Source of the DNA: Octopus vulgaris
Lineage: Eukaryota
Direction: 5' to 3'
Length of the DNA: 64,000 nt
Assembly: GCA_951406725.2 (NCBI GenBank)
Contig: OX597823.1
Coordinates: forward strand, 58,838,001 to 58,902,000
Below the pieces are notes generated by a model. It was not told where the DNA came from and searched no databases. It saw nothing but the letters and a program-made list of their open reading frames with translations. A program made the position numbers and the translations under genes. Of the stretch, positions 40,542-55,177 are shown one piece after another (the first letter of the stretch is position 1; each line of letters begins with the position of its first letter).

Positions 40542-41254
40542 GAAGAAGTGTGTAGATCAATTTTGTGCAATAAACAGAAATTGCCTGCAAATATATACGA
40601 CTAGTACAGAATTGGTCTGTTGACATTTATTTCTTAGATAACTACTTTCAACATTTATGCCAAGAAAAAAATTATCATTATTGATAATAATAATTACGAC
40701 AATAACCAGAACAACAATAACAATATAACAGTTGCAACATCATCGACAGCGGCAACAGCATCAACAGCAGTGGCAGTAGTAGTAGTAGTAGTAGTAGCAG
40801 CAGCAGCAGCATTTAGCTTCTAATTTAATAATAATAACAATAAAGACTGAATATAATTTTCAATGAATAATTGTTTTGGAGATTTTATATCCTACATTAT
40901 TTTTGTATGGTAACTATCTTTATTTGTATTTTTAATACGTTCCTTTCTCCGTGAAATAACGAAAATAAAACAAAAAGAAGAAGCTTTATTTTTCTTTTTA
41001 TTCTCTATTCAAATATATTCGCTCTCCTCGCTCTCTATCAATTTTCGTTCTTATTCTTTTCTTTCGATTGGCACCATCAAATCTGTGACCTGGTTTTGAG
41101 CTTTGATTTTCAGGTGGTAAGTTTTCTTCGCGTATCAGGCGTTATTAAAATGTCTCGAAAAATTCTATGCTTATCACGATTTCCTCATCCTTACTTTCTT
41201 CCTCTAAATCCTATGAATACTCGAAGATTTTTTTAACAAAAACAACAATAATAA

Positions 41255-41852
41255 TCCTTTCTACTAAAGGCACAAGACCTGATATTTGGGGGGGGGGGCT
41301 AGTCTATTACATTGACTCCAGTACTCAACTCGTACTTAATTTCTCGGCCCCAAAATGATGAAAGGCGGTTGATAGGCGGTTTTCTCCTTTTTATTGTTGT
41401 AAACATCATTTTGCTACGTTCAACAATGTAGAAACGAAAATATGTCTCATAAATAAACCGGAAAGCATTCTTCCCGTATGGAGAATGTGTCTATAAACTT
41501 TTGAATTAGATTTCTATTTCGTTTTTGGATTCGGTTTGCAAGATTCTTTATATGAGTTCGTGTGTTGAAGCATATTCTGTTGTGTCTGGAGAGAGTCATT
41601 TTCTTTTTGTGCCTTATTTTGTAACACACTCACCGGTAAAATTTCCACTTTTTTCTTATTTTTAATTTCCTAAAATTTTCGTTGCGTCTTGCACCTTTTT
41701 CAATAGTTTTAGGAAAATGAAAATAAGAAAAAAGTGGAAATTCTACCGGTGAGTGTGTTACAATAGCGGAATTTGAACTTAGAACGTAAGAACGGACAAA
41801 ATGCCGCTAAACATTTTGCTCGGCGTGCTAACGATTCTGCCAGCTCACTGCT

Positions 41853-41853
<1 letters not shown>
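41255..41853 (-). mobile_element. SINE family C split by a 400-bp insertion
   Basis: SINE halves at 41255-41364 and 41766-41853 flank the insert. Confidence 0.8.
41365..41765. mobile_element. PLE-like fragment with internal inverted repeat (copy 1)
   Basis: Near-identical to 43416-43815. Inverted arms TTGTAACACACTCACCGG..CCTAAAA / TTTTAGG..CCGGTGAGTGTGTTACAA. Confidence 0.65.
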
Positions 41854-41893
<40 letters not shown>

Positions 41894-41937
41894 TATAATA
41901 ATAATAATAATAATAATAATGATAATAATAATAATAT

Positions 41938-42830
41938 GGCCACAAGGGTCGAACAAAAACAAACAAACAGGACAATAAAACACAAGAGAAAAGTGGGGTT
42001 TGGCGCAATGTCGAGAATGCAACAAATAACAATAACCATTAACACTAAAATTTAAACAAAAAAATTCATGAGAAGGGCAAGTTCTTCACAGGCACAACTG
42101 AGGAACCCCATACATTCTGGTTACCCCAACAGCCAGGTGCACCTCAGCAAGCGCCTCTCTTCTGAACTCCCCCGGTTTACTAGCCAATGTTCAGAGTAGA
42201 CCCATTCACACGGGCCATACTCACCACATTTACCCACCTTCCTCATCTTCCTTTTCAAATGGAACTTGAAAAAGTCGATGAGGGCTTGGCCGAAGAGGAC
42301 TGTCTTCAGTCCTTTCACTTTCGTCAATCATACTACCTCCTTCACCACAGTCACCAGACAGAGGAAAACGGCCAAAAGAAGGCAGCAGGTCGATCCTCAC
42401 GATGGACTCAGCAAATAACTGGATCCGTCCTACTCGCGTCAGCAACTGTTTGACAAAGCTCAGTAATGTACAGACACTGGACGAGTGCATGCAGGAATGT
42501 TTCGTTGTCCTGCACACATCTCGAACAGGTCAGTCTGTCAGCATTTCCGTGTCTGTAGGGCTTGTCTCAAACCGGCAGAGCTCCCCAGTAGTACTATCAG
42601 GCTAGGGATAACTGGAAGTTATCGATAGGCTCCGGCTTGAAAGTCCTCCGGAAAAGACCAGCTAATTGATCTCTTTCAATGACCAGAGTTTCTCCGAGGA
42701 CGTCGTCATTCTTACCTGTCAGTAATTCTCAATAGAATTTCATTGTGGTACTTCCATCGACCGAATTGCCCGATTGCCAGAAGGTTGTGAGTGCTTGCCG
42801 ACACTCCAGGGTTAAATTTTACAATAAGAA
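41938..42830 (-). mobile_element. L1/Tx1-clade LINE 3' fragment
   Basis: FVKQLLTRVGRIQLFAESIVRI, AVFLCLVTVVKEVV*LT and GQALIDFFKFHLKRKMR, followed by a T-rich 3' UTR. Confidence 0.7.
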
Positions 42831-42852
42831 CAGCAAATTTAAAAGTAATGGG

Positions 42853-43108
42853 TAAGTCGATTACATCGATCCCAGTACTCAACTGGTACTAATGTAGTAA
42901 AAATACTAAGGTTTTAGCACAAATTTATTGAGGTGTTTATTCTGTTTAATCGACCCCCGGACTTGAGTGATAGTATTTTAACGGCTCGGGAGAGATGAAA
43001 AACAAAATTGATTTCGTAACGATTTGAAATCAGAACGTAATTAACCAGAACAAATACTGCAAGGCATCTTATTCGACATCCAACAATTCTGTTCATCCAC
43101 TGTCCTTA
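42853..43108 (-). mobile_element. SINE family C, diverged
   Basis: AGTCGATTACATCGATCCCAGTACTCAACTGGTAC and GATTTGAAATCAGAACGTAA segments. Confidence 0.6.
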
Positions 43109-43415
43109 ATGTAGAACCAATATTCTAGCAGTCATGGTATGTGACCATCCTACTTGTTACTACTTGGATATAGTCTTCAAGTAAACACAAACTTCTGACA
43201 CATTGGTTGTTTGTTCATTTTTTTCATTCTCTTGGATTAGCAACACAAGCAACATTATCGCTTTCTAAAATTTTTCCGTATCATAATGTTACAGCTGCAC
43301 AAATTTTGCTTCAGTCTTAATGATGTCTACAGAATAACGCTATTTTTTTTCAGCTGTGCGTTAATAATTTTTATTTACTCTTTACTTTGTATATTAAGCA
43401 TATCCCATTCATTAA

Positions 43416-43857
43416 GCGGTTGATAGGCGGTTTTCTCCTTTTTATTGTTGTAAACATCATTTTGCTACGTTCAACAATGTAGAAACGAAAATATGTCTCA
43501 TAAATAAACCGGAAAGCATTCTTCCCGTATGGAGAATGTGTCTATAAACTTTTGAATTAGATTTATATTTCGTATTTGGATTTGGTTTGCAAGATTCTTT
43601 ATATGAGTTCGTGTGTTGAATATATTCTGTTGTGTCTGAAGAGAGTTATTTTCTTTTTGTGCCTTATTTTGTAACACACTCACCGGTAAAATTTCCACTT
43701 TTTTCTTATTTTTATTTTCCTAAAATTTTCGTTGCGTCTTGCAACCTTTTCAATAGTTTTAGGAAAATGAAAATAAGAAAAAAGTGGAAATTCTACCGGT
43801 GAGTGTGTTACAATATAAGGCACAAAAAGAAAATGACTCTCCCCAGACACAACAGAA
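43416..43857. mobile_element. PLE-like fragment with ~100-bp inverted repeat (copy 2)
   Basis: Same start (GCGGTTGATAGGCGG) and same inversion junction as 41365-41765. Arms at about 43625-43725 and 43757-43857. Confidence 0.65.
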
Positions 43858-44809
43858 CTTTTGAATTAGGTTTCTCCTTTAAAGTAACTCGTAAATAAAT
43901 TTGTCTTTCTATAAGAATGTGAGTATATGTATTAAAGTCTCGCAACTCCTCATAGCATACCTTTTCAGAGCAAATAATAACAACGTTAGTGATAATAATA
44001 GTGATGACAAGATATTATTAATGCATTAAATGTTATCAATCTATATAATGTATCTATTCTCTATGATATAATAATCTCTTGTTGCCCGCGAATTTCTTGC
44101 CGACCAACCTGTGCAGCTGATTTGTTGATAATGGTATAACTTTTGTAGCGACTAAACATCCTAGCCAATAGGCCATGCACCCTCGCAGACTGTCTCTCTC
44201 AATTATTTTACATACATACGTACACACATTTGCACACACACACACACAAACACACATATATATATAGTTCGATAGACATATAGATAGTTACATGCATATA
44301 TACATACATAATACATACATACATATATACATGTATATACATATATATACATATACATATACATAGTGTGTGTGTATGTATATATATATATACATATATA
44401 TACATAGACGAAAGTTAAAAGTTATCCGATCATCGCCATAGTATATATTATTGCCACATTACCTTCTGCGTATGCGTGCTTACCGTTGGTACTATTGTGG
44501 TCACGTGATCAAGGTTTGAGCCTCATTGCGTCATTTTTCTTTCTGGCTTTACAGCGTAAAGTTATGATATTAATCTGTATTGCGACCAATATTCGTCCTC
44601 AATACATGTCCTGTTCGCGTAAAAGGACGTCTGATGATAAGCAATTTTAGATCGGCAATTTGCTTTCAACACTATCTCGATATTCATTATAGCTTGTCAT
44701 AAGTATGTTTGTGAAACACTTACGTATAGAAAGCGTGATCACATCAGGACCCTTTGGCAATACTTACAGGATTCGATTAAGTCTTAATTCAGTATTAAAA
44801 CAACAATAT

Positions 44810-45210
44810 AAGGTGGCGAGCTAGCAGAAACGTTAGCACGCTGGGCGGAATGCTTGGTAGTATGTTCGTCTGTGTTTACTTCTGAGTTTAAATTCTGCCG
44901 CGGTCGACTTTGCATTTCATCCTTTCGGGGTCGATTAAATAAGTACCAGTTACGCACTGGGGTCGATATAATCGACTTAATCCGTTTGTCTGTCCTTGTT
45001 TGTCCTCTCTGTGTTTAGCCCCTTGTGGGTAGTAAAGAAATAGGTATTTCGTCTGTCTTTACGTTCTGAGTTCAAATACCGCCTCGGTCGACTTTGAATT
45101 TCATCCTTTCGGCGTTGATAAATTAAGTACCAGTTGCGTACTAATGTCCATCTAATCGACTGGCCCCCTTCCCCAAATATATCGGGCCTTGTGCTTAGAG
45201 CAGAAAAGAA
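44810..45210 (+). mobile_element. SINE family C, dimeric form
   Basis: One head plus two tandem bodies separated by a CT-rich linker. Probable TSD AACAACAATATAA. Confidence 0.88.
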
Positions 45211-45299
45211 TATTTAACAACAATATAAACTTTTTAAAAATCTGTTGTAATTTGAACTACAAATGGATACATTGTTTCATCCAGCCCTCAATTAAATTC

Positions 45300-46500
45300 T
45301 TCAGTTCCAAAATATAAAGGCAATGCTAATATACAGTCATTCAAAAGCATTTATTGTTTGTCACATGATTCATCTCACACTTCTATTTATTATTGATTTC
45401 CATTTATTTTTAAGTATTATTTTCTGAACTTCATATTCCAATATTTCATTATTTGTCATGATTTATCACATATAGACAACTCATTGTATTTGTCTGAAGC
45501 CCTTCATCAACATAGTATCATTTAATCCTTTTATGATAACGTGTCTAATAAAAACTATCGACTATTATATTGAAAAGTAGAAACAATAACACGTAGCCGT
45601 GTTTGATTCTTGTTTCCATATAATTTCAGATACAGTTCAACATATTATGTTCGTTATACTGAAGTCCACCATATTTTAGTTGATCTACGCGAATGCATAC
45701 AGATCATTGGCTGAGATGTTTTTTTTTGCTTCCAGAATGTTAATGCTCATATCACTCGTCTATTGTGATTGTTATTTCAGTTCCAGGTGCTGATAGCCAG
45801 TAATCCAATTTCGTGTCTTGACTATCTTTTCAAATCCTATTCGGTTGAGAAACCTCTCTTACCTGGTTATTAATCTATCATCTGCTCCGGAGTTCTAATC
45901 AAATATCCTCAAGATCCATCTAATTTACTATTGAATACACTCACCATTTGTTAAACTGATTCTGCGTCATCTAATGTTATAGTCTCTATGCTTTCTATTG
46001 GCTCTTATTTGCTCAAATTTCATTAAGCTCTTTTAAGGCTTTCTCGAGCTGTAACAATAGTTAGTTGATGAACACTTGCTTTTCTGATGTTTTAGAATTT
46101 AAAAATTTCTTTCACTCTATTTTTTGCCTGTTACTATCCTAGAACCTATAGCTACCAAATTTTCTTTAAGTATCCAACTCCACTTCTTGGCTACTTCAGT
46201 AATATTACTGAGAAACAACTTATATTGATAAATGATAAATCATTGCATTGTTTTTCCAATAAAGAAAACATTCTTTGATGAAAATGCAACACCGTATTCT
46301 GTAGTAATCGATTATTATTGTTATTTGATAATGCTTTTTTGACCTGGGTGAGTCTAACATCGACTTCAGTCACAGCTTGGTCACCAATTTGTGATGGTCA
46401 ATTCATATATCACTTCCATAATATAATCGTACATCCATCAATCCCTATCTCTATCGAATTGTGGGCATGTTTATGTAGAAAAGTGTGCACTGTGTCAATA
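45300..46500 (-). mobile_element. Highly decayed RTE-like LINE (EN end to RT start)
   Basis: DVRLYYGSDI*IDHHKLVTKL*LK (APE C-terminal SDH motif), then QLKYGGL and VDEGLRQIQ in colinear order. Confidence 0.45.
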
Positions 46501-47103
46501 TACCACTGCAGAGAATAATAGTCGACTACAGCTAAGTTCTTGACACATTCTTTTTTACTATGTATACTGAAAGATAGTCTAATAGGGCATTCAACCAACA
46601 AGAAATAGCATCTACATCATCCTAAATGTCACATCCCGCCGTTTTTCAAACAACGAAAGATTTACTAGATATCTTCATACTTTTGGGATGGGCACCGCTG
46701 GAATGAATTTGAGCAAAGGTCTTTTGATAAGCGTGCAGAAATGAGTATCATCTACACATACACACACACTCATATATATATATTTATGTATGTAGGTATG
46801 TATGTGTGTGTGTGTTATATCAAATGTATATCTTATGAAACTATTCAACATATACAACAGCCATAGCAACCTAACACACCTCTATCATCAGCTGCCCCAC
46901 GGATATCACTATGGTTTCGACACCTGGGAAGTACCAGTCTATCCGGCAGTGTCAACAGCACTAAAACATGTGCTGTTTGGGAACAAATATACCTTAAATA
47001 TCACCACATTCATTCAGTCATAATTCTAGGAGTGGTTAAACGCTGACATTTTTAATTAAACTACAAAGTAACCACATTTACTCTATGTACAAAACAGTAT
47101 CGG

Positions 47104-47154
<51 letters not shown>

Positions 47155-47262
47155 TAAATTAGAGATAAAACCACTATTAGGCAAATCAAACAGTGAAAAA
47201 CATAAACCAAAACATAAAAATAAATAAGTTTGGATTTACTCCCTAATATTATTATTATTATT

Positions 47263-47813
47263 GAGTGAGAGAGCAGTGCATGCCATCAAAGTGACACTGG
47301 GGTAAAATATACGAAGCCCAATATACCCATCATGACTACCCGTCTGATAAAGGTACACCAGGCACATGCATCACAACCATATGTGCGCGACATGGTGATC
47401 TCATATCAAGATAAACAGCACATGACCTTGCAGGTGGGGCCCAGTTAGAATTTTCTTCAGGTTGAGTAGCCCATCCCGCTCAAAAGGTCTCTGAATAAGG
47501 GTTGTTTAAGGATGTTGAAAGAACCACCCATGTTTCCAGAGGTGAATTATTCAAACCCCAAAGAATCCCCCCAACACATGGCCATGATGCTCCCCCACTA
47601 CTTCTGCTCGTGATCAGAGATGCACATATCGTCAGCCACTAAGGGACATGCTCAACTGGTTAAGGTCAAACAACTGACAAGCAAATCTGTGGTATTGAGC
47701 AGAATATTTGCTGTAGCCCATCTTTTATACCAAGACAAAACAATGTACATGATAACACTTCCAATCAGTCAAGATCAGACCATGAGAGCCACTGCCTGGT
47801 ACTGCATCAGGGC

Positions 47814-47817
<4 letters not shown>
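47263..47817 (-). mobile_element. ~555-bp non-coding element embedded in (TAA)n
   Basis: Higher-GC block with sharp ends, bounded by (TTA)n on both sides. No credible ORF and no tRNA A/B boxes recognised. Orientation is inferred from the TAA tail. Confidence 0.6.
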
Positions 47818-47871
<54 letters not shown>

Positions 47872-47902
47872 GTTATTGTTATTATCATTATTATTATTAT
47901 TA

Positions 47903-49047
<1,145 letters not shown>

Positions 49048-49049
49048 AT

Positions 49050-49138
49050 CAACCCCGTTTGTCAAGCAGTGTTGGGGACAAACAAGCACACAAAGCTAAA
49101 CACATACATACTTGCATAATACATATACATATATAATC

Positions 49139-49212
<74 letters not shown>

Positions 49213-49263
49213 ATGATTGTATATATATATATATATATATATATTCGTATCTACATACACATT

Positions 49264-49297
<34 letters not shown>

Positions 49298-49430
49298 CAA
49301 CGGGACTCTTTCGGTTTCTATCTACCAGATCCGCTCATAAGTCTTTAGTCGGCCTGGTGCTATATTAGAAGACACTTGTCCAGGGCTCCACGTGGAACCA
49401 CGTGGCTGGAAAGCAAGCCTCTTACCTCAA
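49050..49430 (-). mobile_element. SINE family A, partial
   Basis: GTCAAGCAGTGTTGGGGACAAAC, microsatellite core and AGAAGACACTTGTCCAGG match 9516-9930. Confidence 0.75.
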
Positions 49431-50344
49431 ACACACACGCTCGCACGCACCCACACATGCGTTTGTGAGTATGTTTGTATTAATAATTTCTTGATATATG
49501 AAGTTCTTTTTATAAACAATTTAAGGAGAGAGAGAGAGACAGAGTAAGACAAAAAAGTTTAACACAATATCCTGACAGGTTGTTCTGCAATATGGTCGTC
49601 AAATACACCTTAAAGAACATGCACAGGTGAATGTTTTGCAGTCTACAGTAGTGGAACGAATTACAACCAGAATAACACAGTTCAAGACCCTAGCCATTCT
49701 TACCAGCACCTCACTTCCCCATATTCACACACACATAAAAATAAATGTTACAAATTGCAGAACCTGCGTATAGAAACAAGACTTGAACTCTGATCCTCAA
49801 GTTTTCAAATATGATATTCTATCACGAAATAAGTTACTTATTTCACTTCAGTGGAAAAAAAGAGCATCTACAAAAATCACAGTGAACACAAACAAGCTCT
49901 CATTCGCAAAGAAACAAACAGAAAAGTATATAAAACTAAAATCAAAAGACAGACAAACAATAAAACAAAAAAAAAATGAGGAAAGAAAACTAAAATGGGG
50001 AATGGATAATATTCTGGGGGTTAGATGTGTGATGGAAGACAAAATGAAATGACGAGAAAACTTAGGGCTCAGGTGTAAAACAAGGGTAAGATAAGCGCTA
50101 ATAACGGAAGACAAAGTCCGTGCGTTGATCTGTGACAGAATGATGGTAATTATTTCAACGATGAGATGCGATGTGAAAATAGGAGAAGTGGTTAATACTA
50201 GGTCACATTATGTCTGTGTGTTTGTGTGTGTGTGTATGTGTGTATGTGTGTGTGTTCTTATCTGTCATAATGCATATGAGCTTGTGATGGAGTGACAGTG
50301 CGCATGCTTGATACATTTTTATAAGTGTGTGTGAGTGTATGTAT

Positions 50345-50419
<75 letters not shown>

Positions 50420-50611
50420 AATGTATACCTACACATGGGTCTGCGTGCAGCTTTTACTGAATCTGTGTATCTACGAGTATCTAACGTGTAGATTATAATG
50501 TAAAATTACTTAGGTACTCAACCAAATAAATATCTATATGAATGTATTTTTGTGTGTCTGTGTTTGTGTGTGTGTTAGTGCGTGCGTGCGTGTGCGTATT
50601 TTTGTGTTTAA

Positions 50612-50645
<34 letters not shown>

Positions 50646-50662
50646 CCATACATGCACATACA

Positions 50663-50698
<36 letters not shown>

Positions 50699-50750
50699 TA
50701 TAAATATATATATATACACAAGCATACACTGCGTACATTTTACTAACACA

Positions 50751-50791
<41 letters not shown>

Positions 50792-50823
50792 CACTACTAC
50801 TGGTACTACCATTACCACTATTA

Positions 50824-50862
<39 letters not shown>

Positions 50863-51054
50863 AACTTACATGCATTATTCATAGACTTTCGCACTCACAT
50901 ACAAATTGTATTATCTATATATCTATCAACAACCACGCATACGTGTGCGACCGTGTGTGTATGTATGTGCATTATATATATTATAATATTAATATCTATT
51001 TATACGGTGAATATGCAGACATACGTATATGTACATATACCTGTAAATAATATA

Positions 51055-51164
<110 letters not shown>

Positions 51165-51879
51165 CGTATGTATGTATATGTATGTATATGATCCCGTACA
51201 CACATGCACGCACGTTTGACCGTATTGTGAATTTCGAACCAAATCAAGAAAAATAAGTATAAATTAACGCACGCACACACTCACACATGCACACACCCAC
51301 ACGCACACACACACACGCACAACAGCACACATATACACACAAACACTTACTATAGCGTATACAAGAAGAAAAAACGACGACAAGCAAAAATAGTTATTTC
51401 TTCAGTGCATGGTAATTTCTTATGCTAGTCAAGTGTGAAAGATGAACTACAATCAAAGATGCTTCCAATTTCTGAGATTGACAGAGGATGAAAATATGGT
51501 AAGCTGCTACTGGAAAAGTATTATTACTCACCAGACTTAAAAATGTTTCAACAATGACCGATATGTGAACTTTGAAGTTATTTTGCAGAAGCTGTTCTAC
51601 TTTTTCACACACTTAATCAGTAGAGAGTTTTCTGTGCCAATTTTGTAGCTAGACTCTTTATTTGCTATAAAAGAAATCAGATAAATATTGAAATCTATGC
51701 CAAATCTTTCTATAGATGAACTTAACCGGTTATATCGCAAAGAATTCTTTATATATATCGTATTTAATGTTGTACGAATTGCATATTTCTAGATGATTAA
51801 AAGCTAAATAATATTTCCCATAAGATTTTTTTTTTCGCTGTAAAGATTTACAAAAAAATCATGCTTTATAATTATTTCC

Positions 51880-53230
51880 CTTTGTTGGTTATCATTGTTA
51901 TTTTTTATGAGTCTCATCTGCAGTACCGAACACAGCTTTGTGGGCCTTGTGTTTCTGTAGTGTTTCGTTCTGATGTTATTTTCTATCGTATTGACAATAC
52001 TCCACAGATTATGTTTGTTGTGTCTGGTAGGGCTATTTCCTGTATTTTGTGCATATTTTAAAGTTGTAGTGTTTTGATTATGTATGATTGGATGCACGGT
52101 TTCCATCCTTTCGAAGGGATCTAATTTTATAAGGACTGTTTACGTTTTTCAGTCGCGACATTCAGTACTTCTCTATTTTTAGATTTTTATGTTTGTATAG
52201 TTTCTCATATTTTTCTTACTTTTATTTTATCGTTTTTTTTTTGTTTTTTTTTTAGCAAGAAATTATCGTACTTTAGGAGCCGTTTTCTTTCTTGGTCCCG
52301 ATATTAAGTGTATCTCTATTTCTAGATCTTTATATTCGGATAATATCTCAATTTATCTCAGAGATGCATTTCCGTTTGTTGAGTTACGAGGCATTTTCTT
52401 TCCCTTAGTGCCTCTTGACAAAAATATCTGGTTGATTAGATTTCATCTCCTGATGTTGAGTGTCATATCTCAAACTAAGTATTTTTAGTTTGTCATTCTC
52501 TGATACATTTTTCTCGTATATATTAACAAGACCTCTTTTCTATGGTATTCCATGACGATGCCATAATTTCAAATGCAAGAATGTTCCAGTTCCATCAAGT
52601 CTTTAGATTTATAATTTCTTAGCTTGGACTGGACAGTCAGTGACAATTTAGATAGCAGTTTGTTCCCAACATTCACGTCTTATAAAGACAGTTAATATAC
52701 TTTGTTAATTTATATTTTTACATGTTGGTATTTTTAATCCTGTACAGCAATAATGGTATTTGCAGTCTCAAACTTGAAGTCTGCGCTTCTCGGCTGATGT
52801 TGAGACTTTGATTTCATTTTGTTCACTTAGTTTCTTTTTTTCAAACACTGATCAAATAAGAACTTTTTCAGCAACTCTTTAACATCGCATTTTCTGGTTT
52901 CAATGTTAGCCAAGATTTTAGGTTCTTCACAATGTTCAATTCTGTTCGCTTTTCTCTTGACAATTGGTTCGTATTTGTTTACTTCCTTGGAAACAAGAAT
53001 GTTTAATTTGCTGGTGGCTTATAGCTATTTCTATTAGTTCTTCATTGCAAGTTGCATAACTGTCCTTATCGTGGTGTATTTCCAGATAATTTTTTTCTTT
53101 CTGTGACTTTTGGCGACAAATGCTGCATGGAGTTAGAAGTTTTCATTTTTTTATATTTTTGTGCAGTCTCCTTAATTTTCAACCTAGTTATTATAACTGT
53201 AACGTATTGCTCAGAGGAGTAGAAAATTTT
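51880..53230 (-). mobile_element. Old R4/Dong-clade LINE remnant related to 22016-22467
   Basis: FKFETANTIIAVQD, VTDCPVQAKK, IEILSEYKDLEIE and KIQEIALPDTTNII..LSIR*. 3' UTR CAAGGCCCACAAAGCTGTGTTCGGTA resembles CAAGGCACACAGAGCTGCGCTCGGTA at about 22405-22430. Confidence 0.7.
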
Positions 53231-53392
53231 TGTCTATTTCCGTTTTTTTTTTGCATTAGATGTATTTTAAGCATTATTATTAGGTGTGTATAATACCCCT
53301 CTCAAACTTTATTTTGATCTGCGTGTGTTATGCATTGTGCAGTTAGTTTATTGATTCTTAACTATTTCTAAGTAACTGTTGGACCTAATTGT

Positions 53393-53955
53393 AGATACCC
53401 TTCCCCCACCCCTAACGCTAACCCTAACCCCACCCCTAACCCTAACCCTAACTCTAACTAACCCTAACCCTAAAACAGATTGAAATGCAATAGATCGATA
53501 CTAGGGTTATAATTATGGGTGAAAATTTCATACGACACCGCTACGGAAAATGGGATTTGTTTCTAGCGGTGTCAAATGAAAATGTCACCCATAATTATAA
53601 CCCTAGTATCGATCTATTGCATTTCAATCTGTTTTAGGGTTAGGGTTAGAGTTAGGGGTAGGGGAAGGGTATCTTTTTTTCTTCGCAAATGTAAATAAAA
53701 CCAATCTGTTTCTTAAAGGAGTGACATATTCATACAGCACGGAATGTTGTTTACCTAAATGGACGTATTTGATTGGTTAAAATTGCCGAAATGCTCGAAA
53801 TTAAAGTCGAAATATGTTACAACATATAGAATTTTCTCAATAAAGCCCAGAAAAAAATGATGTTTTATAAACACATTCTACCAGTATACGAAGTTTAAAA
53901 GTGTTTAGTTAACTAGAAATTGTGTTGAAAACTGCCGTTCAAAAGGAAAAGATCC
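53393..53955. mobile_element. MITE-like element with (TTAGGG)n, left part inverted-duplicated
   Basis: Inverted arms 53393-53543 and 53564-53674 contain CCCTAA/TTAGGG repeats. Right end AACTGCCGTTCAAAAGGAAAAGATCC looks like a TIR, but its partner is absent. Confidence 0.55.
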
Positions 53956-54007
53956 GAGTAGAAATAGTAAAAGAGATGAGTGCGCATCATAATTAATAAG
54001 ATAAAAC

Positions 54008-54325
54008 TTACTTGGAAAAGGATGCGTGGCGTTCGATCTTATAATAATATAAATAATATGTAAATATATGCATATATACATATACGTACATACCTACATA
54101 CATATGTATATATACATGCATATATGGGTAAAGGACATCAAATAAACGTGGAACACAATGAGAAACGAAAACATAAAAACAAAAACATAGAAGCGAACTT
54201 TTTTTCAAACAACGAAAAAAACAGAGTACAAGACATACAACACAAGGAATAATCCCCTTCTTCAGTTGTATCTGTTTCATCTAGTCCGCGTTACGAAGGT
54301 AAGGACAAGACGCGACTTCGTTGAA
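54008..54325. repeat. Unclassified interspersed repeat (copy 3)
   Basis: Matches 35285-35500. Its first segment TACTTGGAAAAGGATGCGTGGCGTTC recurs at 56512-56572. Confidence 0.75.
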
Positions 54326-54504
54326 ATAATATATATTTATATATATATCATTATATATAAATAAAATTTCATACACAACTGAAAGTTATATAACGAATAA
54401 ACAGAGCCTGAAAGATTGCTTGAAGATACAAGCCGTATTTTATAAATGCGCATGTTCAAGTAACATAAAAACATGAAATTTTGTTGATTCTATCTCTACT
54501 GCAC

Positions 54505-54605
<101 letters not shown>

Positions 54606-54685
54606 TATATATATTGTATATAAATAAACATACATTCATTATGCACATACATCTGCGCATCTTTATACATATGCGAGTAAACATT

Positions 54686-54890
54686 TACGAGGTGGCATCA
54701 AAATAGTTATGATTGATAAAAAAATTACTTATTTACCTATGGCTTAGCATCATCCCTTCCGAAAGAGTCTCCTTGCCAAGCAATAAACCGGTCCCAGCCA
54801 CTTTTGAAATCCGGCCTGGAAGCTGTTTCCGTAAGCGAGTGGAGGACCTTCTGCACTTCACTCTGGATCTTGACAACGGTGTTATAACGG
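54686..54890 (-). mobile_element. Mariner transposon 3' end with TIR
   Basis: TA|CGAGGTGGCATCAAAA terminus. RYNTVVKIQSEVQKVLHSLTE..WDRFIAWQGDSFG matches the mariner transposase C-terminus. Confidence 0.75.
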
Positions 54891-54984
54891 GACTGAACCC
54901 GGAACACTGAACACACACACATACACACACGCACACACAGACATATACATATATACAGAAGCACAGACGTTCATATTTTCGAAG

Positions 54985-55127
54985 TTTGCTTCCCAGCCAC
55001 GTGACTCCGCGTCCACTCTCACTGGGTGGCACTTTGGGCATGTATCTTCTACCATGGCCTCGGGCCGACTAAAGCCTTGTGAGAGGATTTGGTGGACGGA
55101 AACTGAAAGGAGCCCGTCGTATATGTA

Positions 55128-55177
<50 letters not shown>

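Noticed and set aside
41108-41124. TTTTCAG-GTG-GTAAGT, a possible 3-nt microexon or plus-strand donor
   Set aside because: No supporting plus-strand gene context. Cannot be distinguished from chance.
44629-44672. CTGATGA followed by a stem (hammerhead-like)
   Set aside because: It lacks the GAAA/UH core after stem II.
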